Source of the DNA: a virus
Strand: one strand, 5' to 3'
Length of the DNA stretch: 64,000 bases
IMG/VR virus record: IMGVR_UViG_3300009545_000002
Location: 9,388-73,387 of that record
Positions 49,747 through 59,123 of this stretch are shown one piece after another; position 1 is the stretch's first letter; every line of letters begins with the position of its first letter. The translations under genes were made by a program, and so were the position numbers. The notes beneath the pieces are model-generated. The model did not search any database and was not told where the DNA came from. It saw only the letters and a program-made list of their open reading frames with translations.

Positions 49747-50817
49747 ATGGCCCGAAGTCGCAACATCAAGCCGGGCTTCTATACCAACGAAGACCTCGCC
49801 GAGTGCTCCATTTGGGCACGCTACATCTTCCCCGGGCTCTGGATGATGGCCGATCGCGAAGGCCGGCTCGAAGACAGGCCGAAGCGCATTCAGGCCGAGC
49901 TCCTCCCCTTCGATGGCCAGCCGGTGCAGCCACTGCTCGGCGAGCTCGCGACACACGGCTTCATCCTGCGGTACGAGGTCAACGGGTCGCGGTACATCCA
50001 GATCCTGAACTTCGGCAAGCACCAGAACCCGCATCACCGCGAGACACAGAGCACGATACCGCCGCCTCCACCGCCGACTGACAAGCCCCCAAAGGGCACG
50101 CCTAGGCGCGAACCAGACGGCCCTGCATCAGGGCCAGAGGCACAACCTAGGCACGGCCTAGGACCCCCATCCAAGACATCAGAAGCCCAACCTAGGCACG
50201 ACCCTGACGGTCATGGCAACGGGTCAGAAGCACAACCTAGGCACGGCCTCGAACCTCATGCAACGGGGGATGAAGCACAACCTAGGCAAGGCCCAGCCCC
50301 AGGCCAGGCCCAACCTAGGCAAGGCCTAGCCGTGCTGATTCCTGATTCCGGATTCCTGATTCCTGATTCCTCCTCACTCCGTTCGGAGGCAAGGTCTGAC
50401 GACCTTGCTCGTCGCCAAGACGGCGACCCTCCGGCGCTGGCCCTCGTCGACAAGGCCAAAACCGGGCCGAAGACCGGGCCTCCGGACTGCCCGCACGTGC
50501 AGATCCTCGCCCTTTGGGCCGAGGTGCTTCCGCACCTGCCGCAGCACGAGGCGGAGCAGTGGAAGGGCACCCGAGCCGAGCACCTGCGAGCGCGATGGCG
50601 CGAGACAGCCGTGGTGAAGCGCTGGAAGGCGCCGGCCGATGGCCTCGGGTACTTCCGCAAGCTGTTCGGCTACGTCGGCACTTCCCGTTTTTTGACCGGC
50701 CGGGTACAACCCCGCGAGCCCGGAAAGCCGGCCTTCGTCGTGACGCTCGCATGGCTCGTCAAGCCCGAGAACTGGGCCAAGACGATCGAGGGCAACTACC
50801 ACCAGGACGCAGCATGA
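49747..50817 (+). CDS. phage replication initiator
   Basis: MARSRNIKPGFYTNEDL, GLWMMADREGRL, NFGKHQNPH; C-terminal TLAWLVKPENWAKTIEGNY; internal iterons. Confidence 0.88.
   Translation: MARSRNIKPGFYTNEDLAECSIWARYIFPGLWMMADREGRLEDRPKRIQAELLPFDGQPVQPLLGELATHGFILRYEVNGSRYIQILNFGKHQNPHHRETQSTIPPPPPPTDKPPKGTPRREPDGPASGPEAQPRHGLGPPSKTSEAQPRHDPDGHGNGSEAQPRHGLEPHATGDEAQPRQGPAPGQAQPRQGLAVLIPDSGFLIPDSSSLRSEARSDDLARRQDGDPPALALVDKAKTGPKTGPPDCPHVQILALWAEVLPHLPQHEAEQWKGTRAEHLRARWRETAVVKRWKAPADGLGYFRKLFGYVGTSRFLTGRVQPREPGKPAFVVTLAWLVKPENWAKTIEGNYHQDAA
50143..50370 (+). repeat. iteron-like repeats (probable origin of replication)
   Basis: CAACCTAGGCA at 50143, 50188, 50233, 50278 and 50311, followed by (CTGATTC)n repeats. 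Confidence 0.75.
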
Positions 50818-51182
50818 GCACCACCCGCAAGACCTTCGACCCGGACGACGAGACCGTGCTGCCGCCGCACGGCGAGATGCCGGCGACCGAGCAGCGGCTA
50901 CCTTGCCGGTTCTGCGGCACGTCGACGCTGCGCCCGATCCTGGTGCAGTACGGCGCGCGTTGCTACCGCTGCTACGTCGCCTACTGCGAGGAACCGCCGA
51001 CACGGCGCGGGCTCATTGCCGGCGACAAGCGCCAGGGCGCCAAGGCCTGGGCCTGGGCCCTGAAGGCCAGCGAGGAGCGCGACCCGGCCAGCGTCACGGC
51101 AAAGCAGCGCGTCGAGTGGCGCGCGGCACTGGCGTCCGAGCTCTCGCGGCAGCGGACCATCGACGAGGAGCTGGCATCGTGA
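50814..51182 (+). CDS. Zn-binding protein downstream of initiator
   Basis: CRFCG and CYRC; KAWAWALK. Confidence 0.6.
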   Translation: MSTTRKTFDPDDETVLPPHGEMPATEQRLPCRFCGTSTLRPILVQYGARCYRCYVAYCEEPPTRRGLIAGDKRQGAKAWAWALKASEERDPASVTAKQRVEWRAALASELSRQRTIDEELAS

Positions 51183-51574
51183 TCGCGGTGCCGCTCCGCA
51201 CGACCGGCTCGAATGCGCGCGAGACCTGGAAGATGCGGCATGGCCGCGTGAAGCGCGAACGCCGTGCCGTCGCCTGGCTCCTCAAGTGCTCGCCGCGGCC
51301 GTCGATCCCGTGCACCGTGCTGCTGACGCGCTCGGCGCCGTCGGCCGGGCTCGATGACGACAACCTGACCCACGCGCTGAAGGGCGTTCGCGACGAGGTC
51401 GCCGAATGGCTCGGCGTCAACGATCGCAACTCCAAGCAGGTGCGCTACATGTACTCGCAAGTGCGCGGCACCTGGGGCGTGCTGATCCAGTTCGGGCCGC
51501 CGGCGTCCGGTGCGCAGCTGGAACTGCTCGGCGAAGCGCGCATGCCGGTGATCGAACCCGAGGCGGCGTTTTGA
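51179..51574 (+). CDS. RusA-like endonuclease/resolvase
   Basis: VLLTR, LDDDNLTHALKGVRDEVAEWLGVND. Confidence 0.65.
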   Translation: MIAVPLRTTGSNARETWKMRHGRVKRERRAVAWLLKCSPRPSIPCTVLLTRSAPSAGLDDDNLTHALKGVRDEVAEWLGVNDRNSKQVRYMYSQVRGTWGVLIQFGPPASGAQLELLGEARMPVIEPEAAF

Positions 51575-51591
51575 TCCATGGAGCACGCATC

Positions 51592-52137
51592 ATGCTGAGC
51601 GAACTATCCCCGGAAGTCGCGGTCGAGACCGTGAGCGTCGAGCCTGCGGCCGATGGCGAACCGCGCGTCGACAGCCGCAAGCTCGCCGGCCCGATGGGCG
51701 TGCAACATCCGCACTTGTTCCGGCTGCTGAAGACGCACGAGGCCGATTTCGCGGAGATGGGAATAGTCAGTTTTCAAAACGGACTAACCGGCAAGCGCGG
51801 GATGCCACAGCGCTACGCCATGCTCAACGAAGACCAGGCGTATCTGCTGCTGGCCTATGTGAAGAACACGCCGGAGGCGCGCCAGCTGAAAAAGCATCTG
51901 ATCGTCGCCTTCCGCCGGGCACGTGAGGCGCTCGAAGGCCGCGTGTCGGTCGATAGCGTTTCGCTCGAAGAGGCATTCAAGATCGAACGGGCGCACGGCG
52001 CGGCAGAGGAGCGCGGACGCATCGGTGGGCACCTGCTCAGCAAGTGGCGATATCAGAAACCCATCTACGAAAACGCGATGCAGGCCATCAGGGTCGAGCT
52101 GCAGCTGGTGCTGCCATGGGGCCACAAGGAGCACTGA
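51592..52137 (+). CDS. Rha-family regulatory protein
   Basis: EPRVDSRKLA...VQH, YAMLNEDQAYLLL..VKNT..AR.LK..LIVAF. Confidence 0.85.
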   Translation: MLSELSPEVAVETVSVEPAADGEPRVDSRKLAGPMGVQHPHLFRLLKTHEADFAEMGIVSFQNGLTGKRGMPQRYAMLNEDQAYLLLAYVKNTPEARQLKKHLIVAFRRAREALEGRVSVDSVSLEEAFKIERAHGAAEERGRIGGHLLSKWRYQKPIYENAMQAIRVELQLVLPWGHKEH

Positions 52138-52427
52138 TGGGCGACATCGCCGACGCCATGCTCGACGGCACGCTGTGCGCCAGCTGCGGCGAGTACCTCG
52201 GATCCGGCCTCGGGTGCCCCACGTTGTGCAGGCGCTGCGCGAACGATCGCCGCTCCGATGGCCACAAGATCGTGCAGGCCGGCGTGTTCTTCATCGATGC
52301 GGGCCTGGAGAAGCCTGCCAGTGCGACGGCGCCGCTGCGCCGCGAATGTCCGAAGTGCGGCCGCATGGTCGCGGGCCTGGCCGACCACATGCGGGCGAAG
52401 CATCCCAGCCAGAACGACAACCTCTGA
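52137..52427 (+). CDS. Zn-finger protein
   Basis: MGDIADAMLDGTLCASCG; CPKCG...DHMRAKH. Confidence 0.7.
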   Translation: MGDIADAMLDGTLCASCGEYLGSGLGCPTLCRRCANDRRSDGHKIVQAGVFFIDAGLEKPASATAPLRRECPKCGRMVAGLADHMRAKHPSQNDNL

Positions 52428-52438
52428 GGAGATCCGCC

Positions 52439-52735
52439 ATGAGCTATTCCTTCATCGTCCGCGCTCCCGACAAGCTCGAAGCGCGAACCATGGTCGCAGC
52501 CGAATTCGACAAGGTCGTGCAGGCGCAGCCCATCCATGCGGCCGATCGGGCGCAGGCGATGGCTGCCGTTGGCGCCTATCTCGACCTGCTCGTCGACGAC
52601 GACAGCATGAACGTGCAGGTGAACGTGCACGGGTCGCTGACGTGGCTCACCGAGGCGCCGGCGTCCTTGATCTCCGCCAGCGTCGGCGTCAGCGCATTGC
52701 TGACTCCGCGGGCAGCCCCCACCGTCGTGGAGTAG
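52439..52735 (+). CDS. hypothetical protein
   Basis: GAGGAG RBS; MSYSFIVRA. Confidence 0.65.
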   Translation: MSYSFIVRAPDKLEARTMVAAEFDKVVQAQPIHAADRAQAMAAVGAYLDLLVDDDSMNVQVNVHGSLTWLTEAPASLISASVGVSALLTPRAAPTVVE

Positions 52736-52739
52736 CGCC

Positions 52740-53042
52740 ATGACCGACTGCCCGAATTGCGTCGCCGCGAGCGAGCGTGAATGGCACCACTACAACGCCA
52801 GCTGCATGGTTTGTGAAGCTCGACGCATCTCGCGCGGCAAGCTCTGCGCCGAAGCGAAGGCGCTGGGCGTCATCACGCCGGCGTACAAGGACGAGCTCTG
52901 CGCCGTCGCCGGCGACGTGCATTGGTACGCGGTGCACGAGCTCGTCTGCGCCTGGCAGCGCGGCGATGCGCTCACGCAGATCTCGTCCGACGCGGCTGCT
53001 CGGCTGCCGTTCAGCTACCGTCCTCGCGCCGCAGCGGCCTGA
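52740..53042 (+). CDS. Cys-rich hypothetical protein
   Basis: CPNC and CMVCEAR. Confidence 0.6.
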   Translation: MTDCPNCVAASEREWHHYNASCMVCEARRISRGKLCAEAKALGVITPAYKDELCAVAGDVHWYAVHELVCAWQRGDALTQISSDAAARLPFSYRPRAAAA

Positions 53043-53257
53043 TGGGGCGTCTCGTCTACCTGCACGACGGCACGCCGTGCGACAGCGGCAGCGAGGACTG
53101 GCGCCACGAGTGCGAGGCCCGCTTCATCGGCCTGCTCGGCCGCCGCGCGCAGTTCCTCTGGCTGCAGGACATCGCGATCAAGCGCGGTGCCGCTGCCGTC
53201 GTCGAGCTGCGCAAGACCATGTCCTCGATCGAACAATCCAGAAAGCGTCAAGCGTGA
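53042..53257 (+). CDS. hypothetical protein
   Basis: SEDWRHECEAR...KRG. Confidence 0.65.
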   Translation: MGRLVYLHDGTPCDSGSEDWRHECEARFIGLLGRRAQFLWLQDIAIKRGAAAVVELRKTMSSIEQSRKRQA

Positions 53258-53874
53258 GCGAATTCGTCACCGTCGGAGAGCGCTACATCGGCGCGGCGCG
53301 CAGCGGCAACCTGCGCATGGCTCACGGGGCCTGCGATGCGGAAGTGATCCTCGCTGCCGGCTACGCCACCGGCGTGACCTGCGGCCAGTGCAACGGAGTA
53401 GGGCGCATCGATCTGCACCGGTGCGGCGCCTGCGGCGGCGTCGGCCTGTTTCCGAATCGGCGCAAGGTGCTCGGCCTGAAGCTCTACCGCATGCAGGTCA
53501 CCGGCGACCTGGCCAACGTGGCCGAGGTCGAAACCGAAATGGCCCGATGGCTTGCCGGCCGGTTATCCCGCGGTGGACACAAACCCATGCCCGCGATGCA
53601 GCGGCAAGAGCTCGTGCGCGACGTCATCCGCTGGTGGATTCATCCTTCCTGCGACTACTGCGGCGGCCTCGGATACTCCATCCTCGAGGGCACACCATCG
53701 CTCAGCGAGGTCGAATGTCCGAACTGCTTCGGCATGGGCATGATTCCTGTTCGGCGTGCCGTGCCACCCCGCCTCGGCAGCCATGCTGTATTCCTGGTGA
53801 GCGAGCTCGATTCTCTCTGCGGCGCCGTGCTCGGTGATCTCGCTGATGTTCTTCGCCGCGGCATGGACCTTTGA
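53254..53874 (+). CDS. Q-like antiterminator with Zn ribbons
   Basis: Last gene of early-right arm; CGQCNGVG, CDYCGGLG, CPNCFGMG. Confidence 0.6.
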   Translation: MSEFVTVGERYIGAARSGNLRMAHGACDAEVILAAGYATGVTCGQCNGVGRIDLHRCGACGGVGLFPNRRKVLGLKLYRMQVTGDLANVAEVETEMARWLAGRLSRGGHKPMPAMQRQELVRDVIRWWIHPSCDYCGGLGYSILEGTPSLSEVECPNCFGMGMIPVRRAVPPRLGSHAVFLVSELDSLCGAVLGDLADVLRRGMDL

Positions 53875-54145
53875 GCGCCGGATCACGACCCTGGTCCAGT
53901 CGTGCAAAGGTGATGGAATCAACCTGCAGAAAGTCTATACTGCCGCGCAGCATACAAAAGGCGGGTGTTCCGTCTCTAACAGCAAGCGGCCATGAATCGA
54001 GCCGCCGGCGTGCTCGAATCAGTTCACTGCGGGCCAAGCATTGGTAGCGATGCGCGGAGCCTACCAGCCCCGAGAGTCTGGCTAGCGACCAGAGGCCCGC
54101 TCCACCACTTCACCACCCGCCGCGCCGCCGCCGATATTCCCCGGA

Positions 54146-54203
54146 TATCCCTCCGGAATGGATTCGCGGCCCAGCGCGGAAATCCTGTTGTGCCGAGCCC
54201 CGG
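54146..54203 (+). repeat. 58-bp conserved element, copy 1
   Basis: TATCCCTCCGGAATGGA-N14-CGGAAATCCTGTTGTGCCGAGCCCCGG. Confidence 0.8.
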
Positions 54204-54468
54204 GTGATTACCGTGCGGCCGCTGCCTCTCCAGCCGCCTTCACCGGCCACTCGCCGGCGACCCGTCGCCTCCCGGCGCCGCGTCGGCCCGGCCCGACCGC
54301 GACGGCCACCTCTCAGCGGACCGCCACCTCTCAGCGGACCGCCACGGCCATCGCCGTCAGCGCCAGCAACCGCCGCGACGGCGGCCACCGTGCCGTGGCC
54401 TCTCGAGCTGGAATTGCTCCACAGGCCTCAAGGCCCCTCGCGGAGGCCCTGAAGCTGGTGGAGAAAGA

Positions 54469-54699
54469 CTAGGCGCGGCGGGCCTCGAACGCGGCTTTGT
54501 CGGCGATGGCGCGGCGCACTATGAACTCGATTTCGCGGACCGCTGCGGTATTGCCGAGTCGTACCCCCAGCTTCTGGTCGCGAACGATCCAGGGATAGGC
54601 CTTGGACTCGCGGATCGCGTAGTACTGCGACTCCTTGCCGTCGATGCTGATATTGCGCAGACAGCCGAAGTCGACCGCCCGATGGACTGTGATTCTCAT
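54469..54699 (-). CDS. hypothetical protein (cassette 1)
   Basis: MRITVHRAVDFG; followed by hairpin at about 54430-54452. Confidence 0.55.
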   Translation of the reverse strand: MRITVHRAVDFGCLRNISIDGKESQYYAIRESKAYPWIVRDQKLGVRLGNTAAVREIEFIVRRAIADKAAFEARRA

Positions 54700-54737
54700 G
54701 TGGACTGGCCGCGCCTGCGGCCCCTTTGGTGGAGGGT

Positions 54738-54968
54738 TTACGGGAGGATCTTGACGACCGTGGTGACGCTGGGCGCCACGTCGGGACCGGCGCGCCTCTT
54801 GATTTCGGCCTTCGCTTCCTTCTTCGCCTCGCCCAGCGTGAGGAAGGTGGACGCAAACCAGGCTTCCTTGGAATCCTCGAATTCGAAGGCCCAGCTGCCG
54901 CGCACTGTGAAGCACGGCTCGCGGCCGTGGGAACGAACAAACGGCTGGGTGCAAAACTCGATTCTCAT
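54738..54968 (-). CDS. hypothetical protein (cassette 1)
   Basis: AAGGAG RBS; FVRSHGREP...GSWAF. Confidence 0.6.
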   Translation of the reverse strand: MRIEFCTQPFVRSHGREPCFTVRGSWAFEFEDSKEAWFASTFLTLGEAKKEAKAEIKRRAGPDVAPSVTTVVKILP

Positions 54969-55011
54969 ACCGCTACTCCTTGGGACGGGTCCGGTGATTA
55001 CCGGGCCAACA

Positions 55012-55045
55012 AGTTATTATATCCCGAATATTATCCCATACCCTT
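55012..55045 (-). promoter_or_regulatory. repeated AT-rich promoter motif
   Basis: Minus strand AATATTCGGGATATAATAA (TATAAT box); related copies near 55896, 57392, 57823 and 62167. Confidence 0.65.
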
Positions 55046-55082
55046 ATTAGAAGAAAATAAATATTCCGCAGCCCACCACGTG

Positions 55083-55105
55083 GAAAAGGCCCTGCTGGGC
55101 CTTTG
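55083..55105 (-). terminator. AAAGGCCC-N4-GGGCCTTT hairpin
   Basis: Related copies near 57059 and 57472. Confidence 0.6.
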
Positions 55106-55136
55106 TGGTGGAGGACGGGAGAAGGGGAAGGGAAGC

Positions 55137-55457
55137 TCAGCTGCTCCGGCTGCTGGTGCGCTTGAAGAACTCGCGGCCCGCCCGATACGGCCCCGCCCAG
55201 CGGTGGCACACGTACACCCGCTTGTCCGCGTCCTTCCAAACGGGGACGCTGCTGCCGTTGCGCGAACCGAGCTGCGGCACGTCCCAGCTGCGGGTGAAGT
55301 TCCGCCAGGCCGTCACCATCCGCGTGTGCTCGGCGCCGCTGCCGCGATCATCCCCGCCGGGGGTCTTGACGGCGTCCAGCCAGGTGCGCAGGTGCCGGCG
55401 CATCTCGCTCCGGATTAGGTAGCACTGGGCACGCGCTGCATCGTGTTCGAGTCTCAT
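55137..55457 (-). CDS. hypothetical protein (cassette 2)
   Basis: ATGA overlap; MRLEHDAARAQ. Confidence 0.5.
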   Translation of the reverse strand: MRLEHDAARAQCYLIRSEMRRHLRTWLDAVKTPGGDDRGSGAEHTRMVTAWRNFTRSWDVPQLGSRNGSSVPVWKDADKRVYVCHRWAGPYRAGREFFKRTSSRSS

Positions 55458-55678
55458 CGCGCTTCTCCCGTGCCCGTGTCCGCGGTGTAGACGGTGCAGT
55501 CGAAACTGAAAACGCCCGTCACGGTGTATTCCACGACCGCGTCGAACTCCTCGCTCGCGTGGCCGGTGCGATCTTCCGGCGCGTTCCGGAGGCGCGTCCG
55601 CGCGTTGATGTGGAGGATGCAATTTTCCAACGCGCTGCGCCGGTTGCACTCTTCGATCGCCTGGTCCAGATTTTCCAT
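55454..55678 (-). CDS. hypothetical protein (cassette 2)
   Basis: AGGAG RBS; MENLDQAIEEC. Confidence 0.55.
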   Translation of the reverse strand: MENLDQAIEECNRRSALENCILHINARTRLRNAPEDRTGHASEEFDAVVEYTVTGVFSFDCTVYTADTGTGEAR

Positions 55679-55942
55679 TTTCAACTCCTGGGGACTGGAG
55701 GCCGCTTCCGCGGCCGGTTACTGGTTAAACGCGGGTCCTGCGTTGAATACGCAGCTTCCAGATCCGCCAGGTTGCATTAACCCAGTGCGGATACGGTGCA
55801 AACAAGGCCAGATTGACCAGTTTCTGCGGCTTACTCCGAAGCATATTGGCGTCCTTCTGCGGTTCCGGGTTTGGCGACTACCAAACCAACACATTTATTA
55901 TATCCCGAATATTCGAGATACTCCGATTACCGGAGAAAAAAA

Positions 55943-56810
55943 TATGCCCTGGGCCACGCCGACCGTCTGCCGCGCGCCAGGTTGTCCGGCCCGCGTCAAA
56001 ACGCCCGGCTTCTGCGACGATCACCGGAAGGCCGCACACCGCGCCTACAACGCCGATCGCTCCGCGTTGAATGTGGAGAGTGATCGGGCCTACCGAACGG
56101 CCCGCTGGAGGGCGCTACGCGAGTCGGTTCTGCTCGAGGAGCCGCTGTGCCGGAGCTGCGCGGCCGATGGGAAGGTGGAGGTTGCCGTGCTGGTCGACCA
56201 CATCCAGCCCGTCAAGGCCGGCGGCGAGTTCTGGGACCGCGACAACCTCCAGCCGCTCTGCAACCTCTGCCATGAGCGCAAGAGCCACGCGGAGGGTTCG
56301 CGCTTCTTCAAGGTGGGCCCCAGGTCGGCCCGCTCAGCTGCGGATCTGGTGGAGGAGGCGCTTCGCGGCGCTCTCATGCCTGGCCAGTCGCTGCCTGCCT
56401 GGTTGCCGGCGCCGGCTGTGCCGGTAGAAGTCATCTGTGGTCCGATCGGCTCCGGTCGCGCTGCCCACGTCGCGCAGCACGCCGGCGCTGCCGACCTGGT
56501 GCTCGACATCGACGTCCTCGCGGCGCGGCTGACCGGCAAGCCGATCTTCCACGCCACGCTGCAGGAGATCTCCCGCGCTGTTCACGCCAGGAACAGCCTG
56601 CTCGCTCTGAAGCACGTCCCCTGGCCGAAAGCCTGGCTGATTGTCTCGGCCGGCTCGCCTGCCGCGCGGGAGTTCTGGAGGGACAAGATGGGCTCGATCA
56701 CCGTCCTGCCCTTCGACCGTCACGACTGCTTCGACCGCGTCCGGCGCGACACTCGCCGCCCGGCTGCCTCGCTCGCCGGCATCGAACGCGCGATCCTCGA
56801 TTGGCACTGA
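55943..56810 (+). CDS. HNH endonuclease fused to a P-loop-like domain
   Basis: CRAPGC...FCDDH; EPLCRSC, VDHIQP, NLQPLCNLCHERKS; then VICGPIGSGRA, VLDID. Confidence 0.85.
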
Positions 56811-56854
56811 CCGCTCGGCGGCGCACCGCCCGCCCGCCGCCCGGAATCCCGCTT

Positions 56855-56912
56855 TATCCCTCCGGAATGGACAAGGGCCTCTCCACGGAAAGCCTGTTGT
56901 GCCGAGCCCCGG
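56855..56912 (+). repeat. 58-bp conserved element, copy 2
   Basis: TATCCCTCCGGAATGGA-N14-CGGAAAGCCTGTTGTGCCGAGCCCCGG. Confidence 0.8.
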
Positions 56913-57094
56913 CTGAGTGCTTCCTTGCCGCGGCGCCACTCCTCGGCGCCACACCGCCTCTCCGCCCCTCCCGGGGCCGCCTGGGCCGCTCCATGGACCA
57001 CGCCAAGGCCACCCTGTGGCCACGTCGGTCCGGCGCGTATCAGATCCTCCACGACCCCAAAGGCCCCGTAGGGCCTCTATTTGGAGGAGAAGGG

Positions 57095-57346
57095 TTACGC
57101 CTGATCGAAACCCGGGAGTTGCCGGATCCGGTTCCACAGGAATTCGTCGATGGCCGCTTCGTCTGGACCGTCCGCCGGTTCCTCGTCGATAGGGACCTCA
57201 CCGAGGAAGTCGTTCCGGACCTCGGCTTGATGGTCGGAGGAGAATTGCAGGGTGCAGGAGATGGTGCCCATTTCCACCACATTGCCGATAAGGCCCTTGA
57301 GTTCGCCCTGGGTAACCTCGACCAAGGAACCGATTTCCAATTTCAT
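57095..57346 (-). CDS. small acidic KOW-like protein (cassette 3)
   Basis: GAGG RBS; IGSLVEVTQGELKGLIGNV. Confidence 0.6.
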   Translation of the reverse strand: MKLEIGSLVEVTQGELKGLIGNVVEMGTISCTLQFSSDHQAEVRNDFLGEVPIDEEPADGPDEAAIDEFLWNRIRQLPGFDQA

Positions 57347-57509
57347 ACCGACCTCTTCTGTTGCCGGTTCCAGGGGATCCGGAACCATAGAGTTATTATA
57401 CTCCGGATATTATGGCCCTACCCATTATCGGAGAGAATTATTTTCTGGGTTTACCGCGGCTCCAAACCCCGAAAGGCCCTTATGGGCCTTTGTTTGGAGA
57501 AGGTGAAGG

Positions 57510-57779
57510 TTAGACGTTACCCAGAACCTTGGAGAGCTCGTGGGAATCGATTTCGTGTTGGATACCGGCCAGGTCCAGCATCGTGATGATGGTTTCGAAG
57601 ACCTGAAGCCGAGCCATCCTCTCTTGGTGACTGAGGACCTCCCGGGTGTCTTCTTCTTCGCCGCCCACCTCGGCCCGGATGTTCGCTTCTTCAGCGGCGG
57701 CGAGTTCCTCCTCGAGAGAGGCAGCGCAATCCGCGAGGTCCTGGGCCGTATTTTGCCACCGGCAATAACTCATGTTCAT
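57510..57779 (-). CDS. small acidic protein (cassette 4)
   Basis: AAAGGAG RBS; MSYCRWQNTAQDLADC. Confidence 0.7.
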   Translation of the reverse strand: MNMSYCRWQNTAQDLADCAASLEEELAAAEEANIRAEVGGEEEDTREVLSHQERMARLQVFETIITMLDLAGIQHEIDSHELSKVLGNV

Positions 57780-57977
57780 TCCAAACTCCTTTGGCCAGTT
57801 CCGGGGGATCCGGAACCATGGGATTATTATATCCCGGATATTAGGGTGCGGGTGGATATTTGTAGAAAAGAATTAGCTGGTGGATTGAGGACGGGATGCA
57901 GTGTGGAATAGAACCTCGCCTGAGGCCCTGGTAGCTGGTGGCCTGGTGGTTGGAGTGGAGGAGGACGGATGGATGGG

Positions 57978-58322
57978 TGCACCGCGCCTCACCGCACCGC
58001 TCCACGCCACCACGCCGCTCCGCGCCTCACCGCCTGACCGCCTCTGCACCGCACCGCACCTCGGCACCGCCTCACCGCCTCACCTCGGCTGCGCCTCACC
58101 GCGCCGCCACACCGCCACACCGCCCTGACCGCTCCGCGCCGCCTCACCGCGCCGCTCCTCTCTCCGCACCGCCGCGCCGCAGCTCCGCCGCCGCCTCTCC
58201 GCCGCGCCGCCGCCACGCCGCCGCCGCCACGCCGCCTCTCCGCCGCCGCGCCGCGCCACCCTCCGCCGCGCCGTGCCGCCGCCGGGGGGGGGCCATCGCC
58301 TCTCCGCCCTTCCCTCCCGCCG
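57978..58322. repeat. extremely GC-rich low-complexity (CCG/CACCG/CCTC) tract
   Basis: Near-continuous C-rich degenerate repeats; no credible ORF. Confidence 0.75.
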
Positions 58323-58565
58323 AGAGCGATCGCGGAGTGAAGCGCACGTGACGGAGGGTTAACCTAGGGGAGGTTTCGACGGGCCACCACGTGGCTCTAC
58401 CTCTGCCTGGGGTGACCAGGTAGAGGCGGGAGGTCTGGCGGGGGTTGCGAGGGGAGGTGCCGGCCCTCTGGGGGTCTCGCTAGGAGCCTCTGGAGCCGGG
58501 TGGGGAAGGGGTAGGTATGGCCTGGGCGTCGATCGTGGCGTACGCGGCCGATACGCGGGCTGGTT

Positions 58566-59123
58566 TTACCGTCCCTCGGCCGCTCGCGCGGTGCAGTGCC
58601 AGTAGAAGGACTCGACGGCCAGCGGTTTGACAGCGCGCCGGCACAGCCGGACCCACTGCCCGGCCGGCGCCGTGAACATCAGCCGGCTTTGCGCTGGCAC
58701 GAACAGGTCGCGGTACCGCTCGGCCATCAGGGCCACCGCGGCCGCGTCGGTCCGGTAGCCGTTCGCGTTGCGGTCTGCGGCCTGTGGCGATCCCCATCCT
58801 GGGGTGGCCAGTTGTAACGCGTGGCTGACGTGCCGAAAGTAGCCGTCGCGGGTTTGCACGACATCGAACAGCCAGGGGCAGGCGATGCGCGTGCAACCGA
58901 GCTTGCGAACGCCGCAGAGGCTGCAGAGCTCGCGGGTGCCCGGCGGTTCGTCGGGTGGTGCTTCGTGGAGAATCTTCCGGACGGTCATCTGGCTTATGCC
59001 GAAGCGTTTGCCGATCGCTTCCATGCTCAGGCCGGTACTGCGGTAGTACCAGCGCACCTTCTCGCAGAGCTCCTCGCGGGTCGCGAAAGGCCCGGTGGTC
59101 GGCTTGCGGCCTCGGGTGCTCAT
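58566..59123 (-). CDS. HTH-containing hypothetical protein
   Basis: GLSMEAIGKRFGISQMTVRKIL; CSLCG. Confidence 0.6.
   Translation of the reverse strand: MSTRGRKPTTGPFATREELCEKVRWYYRSTGLSMEAIGKRFGISQMTVRKILHEAPPDEPPGTRELCSLCGVRKLGCTRIACPWLFDVVQTRDGYFRHVSHALQLATPGWGSPQAADRNANGYRTDAAAVALMAERYRDLFVPAQSRLMFTAPAGQWVRLCRRAVKPLAVESFYWHCTARAAEGR

Noticed and set aside
55494-55942. Long N-terminal extension of the HNH ORF
   Set aside because: Overlaps leftward genes and a promoter; the GGAG-preceded ATG at 55943 is the better start
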